DNA of 64,000 nucleotides from Pseudomonadales bacterium (GTDB lineage Bacteria; Pseudomonadota; Gammaproteobacteria; Pseudomonadales; Pseudohongiellaceae): contig JAJDVS010000082.1 of the NCBI GenBank assembly GCA_022825945.1, positions 10,470-74,469 on the forward strand, read 5' to 3'. Below are positions 10,106 through 19,209 of this stretch, piece by piece. How positions within the stretch are numbered: position 1 is the stretch's first letter; every line of letters begins with the position of its first letter. A program made the translations under genes and the position numbers. The notes under the pieces are model-generated. The model made no database searches and was not told the origin of the DNA. It worked only from the letters and a program-made list of their open reading frames with translations.

Positions 10106-10136
10106 TTGACAGCATACAAAACATATGTATACATAT
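10106..10136 (+). promoter_or_regulatory. Candidate sigma70 promoter (TTGACA -35) overlapped by a perfect 14-bp palindrome ATATGTATACATAT; possible MarR operator
   Basis: TTGACA at 10106-10111, TATACA at 10128-10133 (16-bp spacer), palindrome at 10123-10136. Located in the AT-rich gap between marR and the FGE-like gene. Confidence 0.4.
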
Positions 10137-10200
10137 TATGCGAAAGTCGATTAGGAGAATGTTGCAAGCATTCTTCCGACCGAATCATGAGGATGCAACG

Positions 10201-10971
10201 GTGAACCGATATCAGTTTGGATTAATTGCATTGATGTTGCCGTCTTTGGCGGGCGCCAACGAATCGCGACTCGATGAAGCGCTCGGAGCCATCGGCAAGC
10301 AGATGGTGAGTGTGCCGGGAGGCTCTTTCGACATGGGATGCACGCCGGAGCAGGAAAGCTGCGAGCCCGACGAGAGCCCGGTGCGCCAAGTAACGGTCGG
10401 CAGCTTTCAAATATCCAGTGTCGAAGTGACCCAGGAACTTTGGCAATCCGTGATGGGCGAGAATCCCAGTACTTTCGGCGATTGTCCGCAATGTCCCGTG
10501 GAAACCGTGAGCTGGGACGATATTCAGTTGTTCCTGGGCAAACTGAATGCCAGCGGAGAAAACTACCGGCTGCCGACCGAAGCGGAGTGGGAGTACGCCT
10601 TTCGGGGAGGCCCGCTCAGCGGGAATTATCAGTATGCCGGGTCCGACGACCCCGCGGACAGCGCCTGGTATTTCCGTAATAGCGGAAACAGGACGCATGC
10701 GGTGGGCCGCAAGACAGCCAATGAACTCGGCCTGTTCGACATGTCGGGCAATGTCCGCGAATGGGTGCAGGACTGTTATCGCAACAGCTACGTCGATGCG
10801 CCGGAAGACGGGCGCGCCGCGGGGGAAGACGACTGTGCCGACCGCGTGATACGCGGCGGTTCCTGGTACGGCAAATGGAATTATCTGCGCGCGGCCAACC
10901 GGTTCTGGTATTCGACGTACTTTCGCAACAACAACCTGGGATTCCGTCTCGCGCGCGATGCCGTGCGGTAG
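10201..10971 (+). CDS. Secreted formylglycine-generating-enzyme (FGE/SUMF1) family protein
   Basis: Motifs VSWDDIQLFLGKLN, YRLPTEAEWEYAFRGG, GLFDMSGNVREWVQDCY, RVIRGGSW and NNLGFRLARD. GTG at 10201 follows GAGGA (10189-10193) and gives the signal peptide VNRYQFGLIALMLPSLAGA. Upstream ATGs at 10138 and 10159 remain possible. Confidence 0.8.
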   Translation: MNRYQFGLIALMLPSLAGANESRLDEALGAIGKQMVSVPGGSFDMGCTPEQESCEPDESPVRQVTVGSFQISSVEVTQELWQSVMGENPSTFGDCPQCPVETVSWDDIQLFLGKLNASGENYRLPTEAEWEYAFRGGPLSGNYQYAGSDDPADSAWYFRNSGNRTHAVGRKTANELGLFDMSGNVREWVQDCYRNSYVDAPEDGRAAGEDDCADRVIRGGSWYGKWNYLRAANRFWYSTYFRNNNLGFRLARDAVR

Positions 10972-11007
10972 GCGGTTTGATCGGAAAAGCAAACGAGGAA
11001 AAGCGGA

Positions 11008-12042
11008 TTGGAACTCGGATCCATAACCGAATTGCCCGCCGATTACCGCGCTGAAATGGCGGCGGTCGGCGTTACCCCGCTCTGGCCGATCTTGCGCGGC
11101 AGCTTGCCGCGGGGCACGCCGCGGGCGACTTGCGCGCCGACGCATTGGCGTTACGAAAAGCTGCGACCGCTGTTGCTGCGGGCGGGCGAACTGACGCCCA
11201 TCGAGCGCGCCGAAAGGAGAGTTCTGGTGCTGTCCGGAACCGGATACGGAGAAGCGGCCGCGCAAGCCACGCCATCGATCTATCTGGGCATGCAATTGCT
11301 GTTGCCGGGCGAGCGGGCGCCGTCTCACAGGCACACCCCGTCCGCGGTGCGTCTGGCGGTTGAAGGCGCCGGGGCTGCAACTGTCGTGGAAGGGGAAAAG
11401 CTCCCGATGGAGCCCGGCGATCTGGTGCTGACGCCGAACGGCGAATGGCATGAACATGTACACGAGGGGCAAGAGCCGGTTATCTGGCTGGACGCCCTCG
11501 ATCTGCCTTTGCTGATCTACCTTGAAGCGTCTTATGCGGAGGAGGCGGGAACGGAAGCGCAACCGCGGATTCCGGATCGGAGCGCGGTGGAATACGTCGC
11601 CAGCGGACTGCGGCCAAAGCGCCCGGCCGGCGTGGCGGCGCCGAAAAATCCACTGCGAAGGTTTCCCTGGAAAAGAACCAGGGAAGCCTTGCGCGCCATG
11701 ATTCGGTCGGGCGGCAAGCCTTGCGCGGAAATGGAGTTCATCAATCCAGAAACCGGCGAAGGCGTGCTGGCAACACTCGGGTTCTGCGCGCTACTGATTC
11801 GCGCCGGGCGCCAATGCGCACCGGCCCGATGTTCGCCGCCGGCGGCTTTTCACGTTGTGGAGGGGCGGGGCTGTTCAGAAATCAACGGCGAAAAAATTCG
11901 CTGGCGGCGGAAGGACACATTCTGCGCTCCGGCTTTCGCTTCGATCATCCATGAGGCCGACGAGGATTCCTACCTGATTCGGATCGACGAATCTCCCCTG
12001 CACAAGAAACTTGGCGTATACGAGGAGCGCGCGAATGTCTGA
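11008..12042 (+). CDS. Gentisate 1,2-dioxygenase (bicupin)
   Basis: 344 aa with cupin motif GERAPSHRHTPSAVRLAVEG...GDLVLTPNGEWHEH and the typical N-terminal MAAVGVTPLWPIL. TTG start preceded by GAGGA. Followed by the two downstream gentisate-pathway enzymes. Confidence 0.85.
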   Translation: MELGSITELPADYRAEMAAVGVTPLWPILRGSLPRGTPRATCAPTHWRYEKLRPLLLRAGELTPIERAERRVLVLSGTGYGEAAAQATPSIYLGMQLLLPGERAPSHRHTPSAVRLAVEGAGAATVVEGEKLPMEPGDLVLTPNGEWHEHVHEGQEPVIWLDALDLPLLIYLEASYAEEAGTEAQPRIPDRSAVEYVASGLRPKRPAGVAAPKNPLRRFPWKRTREALRAMIRSGGKPCAEMEFINPETGEGVLATLGFCALLIRAGRQCAPARCSPPAAFHVVEGRGCSEINGEKIRWRRKDTFCAPAFASIIHEADEDSYLIRIDESPLHKKLGVYEERANV

Positions 12043-12733
12043 GCTGATTTTTCCGTCCCTGCAATGCGGTCATCTGGAAGTGAAGGGAGAAAGTCGGTTC
12101 TTTCCCGTAAACCGGATTTTTTGTGTTGGTCGCAATTACGCCGCCCACGCCGCGGAAATGGGCGTGGAAGTCGATCGCGAGGCGCCGTTTTATTTCACCA
12201 AATCGCCATTGGCGTATCAGCCCTCCGGTTCTGTAGTTCCCTATCCGCCAGGTACGGAAAATTACCACTACGAGATGGAACTCGTGGTGCTCATGGGCGC
12301 GAATACATTCAAGTGCAGCAACGAAAAAGCGCTCGATTCCGTTTACGGCTTCGCTTGCGGTCTCGACATGACCCGCAGGGATTTGCAACTGCGGGCGCGG
12401 GAAAAGGGCCGCCCCTGGGATCTCGGCAAGGACTTCGAAAGATCGGCCGTATTCGCTCCGGCAACGCGGGCGAAGGACTTCGGAGCCATTGCCGGGCAGC
12501 GCATCCAGCTCGCGGTGAACGGCGCGACCCGGCAGGACGCCAGCCTTTCCGACCTGATCTGGCGGGTTGATGAACTCATCGCCCACCTGTCCCGCTTTTA
12601 CCGGCTGCAACCCGGCGACGCGATCATGACCGGCACGCCCGCGGGCGTCGGTCCGCTGATGCCTGGCGACAGCATCGTCGGGACGATCGATGGGCTGGAT
12701 CCCGTCAAAGTGGAAATCGCGAGCGCCGCATGA
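12035..12733 (+). CDS. Fumarylpyruvate hydrolase (FAH family)
   Basis: MSELIFP... with FAH motifs RIFCVGRNYAAHAAEMG, YHYEMELVVLMG and GDAIMTGTPAGVG. The ATG overlaps the dioxygenase stop. Confidence 0.85.
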   Translation: MSELIFPSLQCGHLEVKGESRFFPVNRIFCVGRNYAAHAAEMGVEVDREAPFYFTKSPLAYQPSGSVVPYPPGTENYHYEMELVVLMGANTFKCSNEKALDSVYGFACGLDMTRRDLQLRAREKGRPWDLGKDFERSAVFAPATRAKDFGAIAGQRIQLAVNGATRQDASLSDLIWRVDELIAHLSRFYRLQPGDAIMTGTPAGVGPLMPGDSIVGTIDGLDPVKVEIASAA

Positions 12734-13380
12734 TCGCTCTATACGGCTTTTTCCGCAGTTCCAGCACGCATAGATGCCGCATCGCGCTGCATCTCAAGGG
12801 TCTGGACTATGAGACAAGACCGGTCAACCTGCGCGCCCGCGACCACGAGGCGGAATCCTTCGCGCAACTGAATCCACAGCAGAGCGTTCCCGTGCTGGTC
12901 GATGGCGACGTGGTAGTCACGCAATCGCTCGCCATCGTCGAATGGCTCGAAGAGCGGTATCCCGAGCCGGCCCTGATGCCCGCGGACCCCGGCCTTCGCG
13001 CCGCCGTCAGATCGGCGTCGCAATTGTTCGCCTGCGAAATCCAGCCATTGCACAATTTGCGGGTATTGAACCGATTGCGATCGGAACTCGACGCGTCCGA
13101 AGACGATGTGCGGAATTGGTGCCGTCACTGGATTCATGCCGGGTTGACCGCGTATGAGCGCCTGATCCGGCAACACGGCGCCGGCGGGAAGTATTCATTC
13201 GGCGACACGCCCGGCATGGCGGATGCCTGCCTGGCGGCGCAGTTGTTCGCGGCGCAACGGTTCAAGTTGGGCCTGTCCGATTTTCCCCAAGTGGAGCGGA
13301 TCGGCCGCAATTGCGCCTCCCATCCCGCTTTCCTCGCGGCGGAACCGGCGCGGCAGCCGGACGCCGCCGATCATCCTTGA
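12730..13380 (+). CDS. Maleylpyruvate isomerase (zeta-class GST, MaiA-like)
   Basis: 216 aa with a GST N-terminal fold (LYGFFRSSSTHRCRIALHLKGLDYE, NPQQSVPVLVDGD). 4-nt overlap with the hydrolase gene. Confidence 0.82.
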   Translation: MIALYGFFRSSSTHRCRIALHLKGLDYETRPVNLRARDHEAESFAQLNPQQSVPVLVDGDVVVTQSLAIVEWLEERYPEPALMPADPGLRAAVRSASQLFACEIQPLHNLRVLNRLRSELDASEDDVRNWCRHWIHAGLTAYERLIRQHGAGGKYSFGDTPGMADACLAAQLFAAQRFKLGLSDFPQVERIGRNCASHPAFLAAEPARQPDAADHP

Positions 13381-13392
13381 GTCGCGAAGGTC

Positions 13393-14682
13393 ATGATAGT
13401 CGCCAGCAAAGGAAAATCGCCGGAAACGCTTCCGGTATTGATCGTTGGCGCCGGCATCGGCGGTCTCGCGGTCGCGCTGGCGTTGGCGCGGCATGGCTAT
13501 CGCAGTCTGGTGCTGGAAAGAGCGCCGCAATTGAGCGAAGTCGGCGCGGGCATCCAGCTCGGACCGAACGCGTTCACTGTTTTCGATTACCTGGGCATCG
13601 GTTCCGAAGCTCGCGGCGTCGCCGTTTTTATCGACAGCTTGAAGCTCTGCGACGCCGTTTCCGGTGAAAAGGTCGTGGAAATCCCGTTGCAGGAAAGGTT
13701 CCGCCGCCGTTTCGGCAATCCATACGCCGTCCTGCACCGGGGCCAATTGCATGGCGTGTTGCTGAATGCCGCCCGCGGCAACGATCTGATCGAGATTCGA
13801 CCCAACGCGGGCGTGCGCGACTACGAACAGGGAAGCGCTTCCGTCACCGCTTTGCTGGAAAACGGCCGAGAGCGGGTGAAAGGCGCGGCGCTGGTGGGTT
13901 GCGACGGGCTCTGGTCGAACATCCGCCAGCGCATCGTCGGCGACGGCGCGCCGCGCGTATCCGGCCATTCCACCTACAGAGCGGTTATCCCCAGGGAAGA
14001 CATGCCGGCGGAGCTGCAAACCAACGCGGCGACGTTATGGGCCGGACCAAAGTGCCACATCGTCCATTATCCGCTGTCGGACTGGAAACTGTTCAACCTG
14101 GTCGTAACCTACCACAACGAGGCGCCGGAGCCCGTGGCGGGCGTTCCGGTCGAAGCCGGTGAAGTCCGGCGCGGTTTTCAAGCGGTGACGCCCAGGATCC
14201 GGCGCCTGATCGACCGCAGCGAAGACTGGAAATTGTGGGTTTTGTGCGACCGGGAACCGACCGCGAACTGGTCCCAGGGCCGCGTGACGCTTGTCGGCGA
14301 CGCCGCCCACGCCATGTTGCAGTACTTCGCGCAAGGCGCCTGCATGGCCCTGGAAGACGCCGTCTGTCTCGCGGACGCCGTGGCTCTGTCGGAAGGCGAT
14401 TTCGATCTGGCTTTCGAAAGTTATCAGGAAGCGCGCATATTGCGCACCGCCCGCGTGCAGATTCAGTCGCGGGCGATCGGAGACTACATCTACCACCCGT
14501 CCGGAATCGCCGCCGATCTCCGCAATGCGGAAATGCGTTCGCGAACCGTCGAGGACTGGTACCGATCGCTGGATTGGCTGTACGGCCACAATCCTTCCCT
14601 ATTCTCATCGGCGACGCCGGCGCGTGTGCCGAAAAATCACGAATTGAATTCCGCCCGTATGCCGGACATTCCTGTCCGGTAG
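13393..14682 (+). CDS. FAD-dependent aromatic hydroxylase, 3-hydroxybenzoate 6-hydroxylase / salicylate hydroxylase-like
   Basis: Rossmann motif VLIVGAGIGGLAVALALARHG, then GCDGLWSNIR and the FAD-binding TLVGDAAHAMLQYFAQGACMALEDA. Context supplies gentisate to the adjacent pathway. Confidence 0.82.
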   Translation: MIVASKGKSPETLPVLIVGAGIGGLAVALALARHGYRSLVLERAPQLSEVGAGIQLGPNAFTVFDYLGIGSEARGVAVFIDSLKLCDAVSGEKVVEIPLQERFRRRFGNPYAVLHRGQLHGVLLNAARGNDLIEIRPNAGVRDYEQGSASVTALLENGRERVKGAALVGCDGLWSNIRQRIVGDGAPRVSGHSTYRAVIPREDMPAELQTNAATLWAGPKCHIVHYPLSDWKLFNLVVTYHNEAPEPVAGVPVEAGEVRRGFQAVTPRIRRLIDRSEDWKLWVLCDREPTANWSQGRVTLVGDAAHAMLQYFAQGACMALEDAVCLADAVALSEGDFDLAFESYQEARILRTARVQIQSRAIGDYIYHPSGIAADLRNAEMRSRTVEDWYRSLDWLYGHNPSLFSSATPARVPKNHELNSARMPDIPVR

Positions 14683-14714
14683 CGCGTGGAACACTGCAAA
14701 GTCGGAGGTACGAA

Positions 14715-17495
14715 ATGAACATCAAATCCGCAGTTGGTCGCCGCAGGAAAGGCGCGTCCATGTTGGGCAGGCTGAAACTCGCCGCGACGCTTTGCGCCGG
14801 CCTGGTTTTCAGTCCGCTGACCTGGGTCCACGCCCAGGAATCCGCCGGGAACGCGCCGCGGATCGAGAGCATATTCGTTACCGGGTCGAGAATATCGGTG
14901 CCCGGCAACCGCAACTCATCCCAGCCTCTAAGCGTAATCAATACCGAGGCGTTTTCGGACTCGGGCGCCTTGCTGATTACCGAAGCCTTGAACCAGTTGC
15001 CGCAACTTGGCAACGCGCTCGAAAGCGGCAGCAGCATCATAGCCCTGAACAACGGTTTCGGCGCCGGAACACAGACCGTCAATCTGCGCAATCTGGGTTC
15101 GAACCGCACATTGGTGCTGGTCAACGGCCGGCGTCATGTGGGCGGGGACGTTGGCACGTCGGCGGTTGATCTGTCGATGATCCCGGCGGGTCTGATCGAC
15201 CGTATAGATATCGTCACCGGGGCCACTTCATCCATCTATGGCTCCGATGCGGTTACCGGCGTGATTAATGTAATCCTGAAAGAGAATTACGAGGGCACGA
15301 GTTTCTCCGCAAGGGCCGGGGGAACGTCCGAAGGCGGCGGCGAGGAATATGCCTTCACGGCGACCCATGGCGGCGTCTTCGATTCCGGCGATTTCATCGT
15401 CGGGTTGGAGTACACGAAACAGGGCGAAATTCTTGGAGGGGATCGCGATTACGCCTTGCTTGACGGCAGCGCGGGAACGGGTCTGGCCGCCGTGGGCGCG
15501 GGATCGGGAGTAAACCCGGGCGGACTTTATGTCTCCTCTTTGGGCGGCACCGGCGGTTTCGATTCATCGGGAAACTTCACCCAGCCTTTCGCCGAGCGAT
15601 TCCAGCGCATGCCCTGGCGTTCGCTGCAAAATGAGGTAGACAGGCTGGTGGTGTCCGGCCGCGCCGGATTCGATATGAGCGACACGGTTTCCGCCTTTGT
15701 CGAAGGTTCGCTTGCCGAATCCGAAGTCGTCGTCGACCTTGAGCCGCAGTTGGCGATTTTCAGCAATGCGGGATTCACGTCCTCGGGAACCGCCGGCTTT
15801 CGTTTTCCCACGGCCACCGCCGCCACGGTGCCTTCGGTGGGAGCGGACCTGCGGGCGGTGACCCGGCGGTTTCTGGAATTCGGGCCACGGGCTTCGCGGA
15901 TCGACCGCGGGCTGGCGCGCTTCGCAGTGGGCCTGGACACCGATCTCGGATTCGCCGAAGGCCATTTCAGTTACCAGTACGGCCGCATAGAAGCCGAGCA
16001 GACTGACTTCGACACCGTGGACAAGCTCGCGCTGGTGAACGCGATCAACCCGGCGAGTTGCGCGGCCACGCCGGGATGTTCGTTCGTAAACATCTACGGG
16101 CGCGGCACTATCGACCCTGCGTCGGAAAATTCGATCGCGAACGATCTGGTCAGCAATTCGGAGGGGGATCAACATGTGTATTCGGCCTGGATCAACGGCG
16201 ACGCGCTGGAATTTTCGAGCGGTCCGGCGCGCTACGTTCTCGGCGTCGAATATCGCGACGAGTCGGCCGAGATCAATCCGCATCCGGCGCTGATCGCCGT
16301 GCCCGACCCCGTTGGCAATTCCGGAAATCCGGTTGGCTTGCAAGGCACGAGAACCTTCTTCGGTGCGACCGCCGGCGAATACGACGTACTCGAGGCCTAT
16401 GGCGAATTGCAGGTGCCGTTCGGCGAAAATTTTGACTTGGGCCTGTCCGCCCGTGCTTCCGACTACAGCACGGTTGGAGAAGAGACGACCTGGGGCGCGA
16501 ACGCGCAATGGCGGCTGAGTGAAACATTGACTTTGCGCGCCAGTGTCGGCGAGGCGACTCGGGCGCCGAATTTGCAGGAACTGTTTTCGCCGGACAGTTC
16601 GCGCACCTCGGAAATAGTCGACCCTTGCGACACCAGGACCGACGAAGGCGATCTTCGCTCGCAACCCGCCGGCTGTTCGCAGTTTGTCGATGCATCGTTC
16701 GATCCGAGCAATCTGGAATCGAATGTAAGAGCGGTCAGCGGAGGCAACCCCAATCTGGAATCGGAGACCGCGGACACGGTTTCCCTCGGTGTGGTGATAC
16801 AGACGGACGAAGACCTGGTTTTCAGCATCGACTACTTCGACATCGAGATGACAAATGTGCTCGCTCCCGCTTTCGGAACGCAGGCCACCGTCGACAACTG
16901 CATTTCGACCGGGAACCCGTTCTTCTGCGAAAACGTGATCCGGGACCCAGCCACCGGCTTCGTCACGACCGTGAGAAGCGAACAGGTCAATCTCGCTTCC
17001 GATTCGGTCGCCGGCATCGAATACGCCTTGCAAGGCGGCTTTGACGCCGGACCGGGACAGATTCTGGTCAACGGCATTTACACGCGCTTGCTCGAACGCG
17101 ACCGTCAGGTGAACGACACCAGTGCGATAGAAGATCTGGCCGGCAGGGTGGACAACGTACAGGACAAGTTGAACTTCGGCGTCAGCTACCGCGCCGACCG
17201 ATTCGATCTGGGACTGATGTTTCGACACATCGGCGATGGAATACAGTCCATAAGCGCCGACCCCGATGTCGCATTGGGCAACGAGATAGATTCGATTACC
17301 TATCTGGACCTGTTCGCCAGTTACCGGGTGAACGACAGCGTGTTGCTGAGGGCCGGGGTCGAGAACGCGACGAACGAGGACGCGCCCATCGTCACCCCGC
17401 TATTCGAGGGCGTCGGCACGGGCGGGGCGGTCGCGCCGGGCCTGTATGACATTCGGGGGCGCTTCTTTTATACCGGACTCGAAGTCAATTTCTAG
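14715..17495 (+). CDS. TonB-dependent outer-membrane receptor
   Basis: ATG 14715 lies after GGAGG (14705-14709). Signal peptide MNIKSAV...LTWVHAQE, plug motifs (IESIFVTGSR, DRIDIVTGATSSIYGSDAVTGVINVILK) and C-terminal YDIRGRFFYTGLEVNF. The track ORF start at 14235 is an upstream read-through inside the hydroxylase gene. Confidence 0.9.
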   Translation: MNIKSAVGRRRKGASMLGRLKLAATLCAGLVFSPLTWVHAQESAGNAPRIESIFVTGSRISVPGNRNSSQPLSVINTEAFSDSGALLITEALNQLPQLGNALESGSSIIALNNGFGAGTQTVNLRNLGSNRTLVLVNGRRHVGGDVGTSAVDLSMIPAGLIDRIDIVTGATSSIYGSDAVTGVINVILKENYEGTSFSARAGGTSEGGGEEYAFTATHGGVFDSGDFIVGLEYTKQGEILGGDRDYALLDGSAGTGLAAVGAGSGVNPGGLYVSSLGGTGGFDSSGNFTQPFAERFQRMPWRSLQNEVDRLVVSGRAGFDMSDTVSAFVEGSLAESEVVVDLEPQLAIFSNAGFTSSGTAGFRFPTATAATVPSVGADLRAVTRRFLEFGPRASRIDRGLARFAVGLDTDLGFAEGHFSYQYGRIEAEQTDFDTVDKLALVNAINPASCAATPGCSFVNIYGRGTIDPASENSIANDLVSNSEGDQHVYSAWINGDALEFSSGPARYVLGVEYRDESAEINPHPALIAVPDPVGNSGNPVGLQGTRTFFGATAGEYDVLEAYGELQVPFGENFDLGLSARASDYSTVGEETTWGANAQWRLSETLTLRASVGEATRAPNLQELFSPDSSRTSEIVDPCDTRTDEGDLRSQPAGCSQFVDASFDPSNLESNVRAVSGGNPNLESETADTVSLGVVIQTDEDLVFSIDYFDIEMTNVLAPAFGTQATVDNCISTGNPFFCENVIRDPATGFVTTVRSEQVNLASDSVAGIEYALQGGFDAGPGQILVNGIYTRLLERDRQVNDTSAIEDLAGRVDNVQDKLNFGVSYRADRFDLGLMFRHIGDGIQSISADPDVALGNEIDSITYLDLFASYRVNDSVLLRAGVENATNEDAPIVTPLFEGVGTGGAVAPGLYDIRGRFFYTGLEVNF

Positions 17496-17524
17496 GGAAG
17501 CTCTGATCAAGTCAGAGCTTCCCT
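17496..17524 (+). terminator. Perfect 12-bp stem hairpin directly after the receptor stop codon
   Basis: GGGAAGCTCTGA-tcaag-TCAGAGCTTCCC. There is no T-tract, so it may be a stability or REP-type hairpin rather than an intrinsic terminator. Confidence 0.4.
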
Positions 17525-17543
17525 GCGGCACATGGAAGTGCCG

Positions 17544-17650
17544 CCGAATTCGATGGCGTAAACCATTGAATTCGGGAGCAAAACAAAACCACGCTTTTGT
17601 TTTGCGATAATGAAAAACTCCACGGATGGAGTTTTTCAGAGAATACCTAG
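17544..17650. repeat. Three consecutive hairpins; the last 47 bp (17604-17650) recur exactly at 45370-45416 in inverse orientation
   Basis: Hairpins are CCGAATTC...GAATTCGG (17544-17575), GCAAAACAAAA-ccacgc-TTTTGTTTTGC (17578-17605) and AAAAACTCCA-cgga-TGGAGTTTTT (17612-17635). Confidence 0.7.
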
Positions 17651-17742
17651 CACCGGCGCAACGCGCGAGCCGATGTTTGTCGCGCGGGGCACAAGCGGCG
17701 GGCCGCGCGGCACATCGCCGGGCATTCAGGAGTGAGACAATC

Positions 17743-19209
17743 ATGGGCGCGCAATCGGTATCGCTGCTGAATCTTTTCGTCATCGCGGGCACCATGATCG
17801 CGGTGACGATTTTCGGCCACTTGCTCTCCGGCGGCGTCAAGAACCGCAAGGATTTTTTCAACGCGGGCGGCGGCTTGCCATGGTGGGCCGTATCCACTTC
17901 CATCATTGCCACCGTCGTCAGCGCCGTGACTTTCATCTCCGTGCCGACTTCTGTTTTTCAAGCGGAAGGCAACCTGTTTTACATTCAGATTCTTTTCGGA
18001 ATGATGCTCGGCAAGATTTTGACAGGGGTTTTTTTCGCCGTTCCCTTCTACCGCGCCAGCGATTGCTCCACCGTCTACGAGTTTATCGCAACTCGCATCA
18101 ATAGCCGCGTGGGCGGATTCTCCATGGTTCTCGGCCTGGTGTTGACGAGTCTGAACACGGGTGTCCGGCTACTGACCACGGCGCTCGTACTTAGCGTGGT
18201 CACGGGTTACGGCTTGTTTGTCTCGAGCATGTTGATCGTCGGCTTCGCTATCCTGTGGAGTTGGATGGCCGGATTGAAAACCGTAATCTGGACGGACTTT
18301 CTCCTGTTCGTGGTTTTCTCGCTCGGCGCGATTTTCAGCATATTCTGGGTGGGTGGACAAGCCGGCATGTCGTTTGGGGAGGCCTTCCGCCATCTGGACG
18401 AAGCCGGCAAGCTCGCAATGTTCGATTTCTCCATCAATCCGGAACGCACCTATACCATCTGGGCCGGGCTGATCGGGATGTCCGCGGCCGCCCTGTCCCA
18501 GGCGGGCAGCCAGGCGGTGTTCCAGCGCGTCAAGGCTTGCCGCAGCGAGGCGGACGCCAAAAAAGCCTTTATCGTTTCCGCATTGCTGTATCTGACACCG
18601 ATCTGCATGCTCGCGGTAGGCCTCGCCTTGTCCCTGTTTTACGCGCAAAACCCGCTGCCGCAATCGGTGGTGGAGCAACTCGCGACCGAACCGGACCGTA
18701 TTTTCCCCTATTTCATCGTCACCGAGTTGCCCGATGGCGTCTCAGGCATCCTGATCGCGGCGATATTCGCCGCCGGCATTTCCACCATAGACACCCACCT
18801 CACCGAGGTTTCCAACATCACCGTAACCGACATTTACGAGAAAAATTTCCGCGCGGGCGCAAGCGAGGCGCACTATCTGGTAGTGGCGCGGATGGCGGTT
18901 GTGCTGTGGGGCCTGTTTTATGTCGGAATGGCGATGTTCATGAGCCAGTTTCAAGGCGAAGGCCTTTTGAATCTGCTATTGATGGCGCCCAACTTCGTGA
19001 CCGGCATTATCCTGGGCACGATAGTTCTCGCCCTGTTTCGATGGGGCGAATGGACCTCTTATATCGCGGGCGCCGTGATCGCATTCGGAACCACCTTGCT
19101 GATGCAGTACGCTGGCGTCAGCTTCTTCTTCTGGCCATTTGTTTCAGGTCTGTTGATGATTGGCGTCGTCAGATACTTCCCTCGCGGCTTGCGGACCGCG
19201 CCAGGTTGA
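17743..19209 (+). CDS. Sodium:solute symporter (SSF) family transporter
   Basis: ATG 17743 lies after AGGAG. Multi-TM ORF with the SSF-type N-terminus KNRKDFFNAGGGLPWWAVSTSIIATVVSAVTFISVP. The first 39 track codons derive from the repeat element. Confidence 0.82.
   Translation: MGAQSVSLLNLFVIAGTMIAVTIFGHLLSGGVKNRKDFFNAGGGLPWWAVSTSIIATVVSAVTFISVPTSVFQAEGNLFYIQILFGMMLGKILTGVFFAVPFYRASDCSTVYEFIATRINSRVGGFSMVLGLVLTSLNTGVRLLTTALVLSVVTGYGLFVSSMLIVGFAILWSWMAGLKTVIWTDFLLFVVFSLGAIFSIFWVGGQAGMSFGEAFRHLDEAGKLAMFDFSINPERTYTIWAGLIGMSAAALSQAGSQAVFQRVKACRSEADAKKAFIVSALLYLTPICMLAVGLALSLFYAQNPLPQSVVEQLATEPDRIFPYFIVTELPDGVSGILIAAIFAAGISTIDTHLTEVSNITVTDIYEKNFRAGASEAHYLVVARMAVVLWGLFYVGMAMFMSQFQGEGLLNLLLMAPNFVTGIILGTIVLALFRWGEWTSYIAGAVIAFGTTLLMQYAGVSFFFWPFVSGLLMIGVVRYFPRGLRTAPG

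Noticed and set aside
10222-11562. 446-aa minus-strand ORF
   Set aside because: It is antisense to the FGE-like and gentisate dioxygenase genes, which carry clear family motifs.
14235-14714. 5' extension of the TonB-dependent receptor ORF (track start at 14235)
   Set aside because: The extension overlaps the hydroxylase gene in another frame and is Arg/Pro-rich. A good RBS, ATG and signal peptide occur at 14715.
18255-19205. 5' part of the 786-aa ORF 18255..20615
   Set aside because: It overlaps the symporter gene out of frame and is Arg/Gly-rich nonsense. Only the part after the symporter stop carries the FAD-binding motif.
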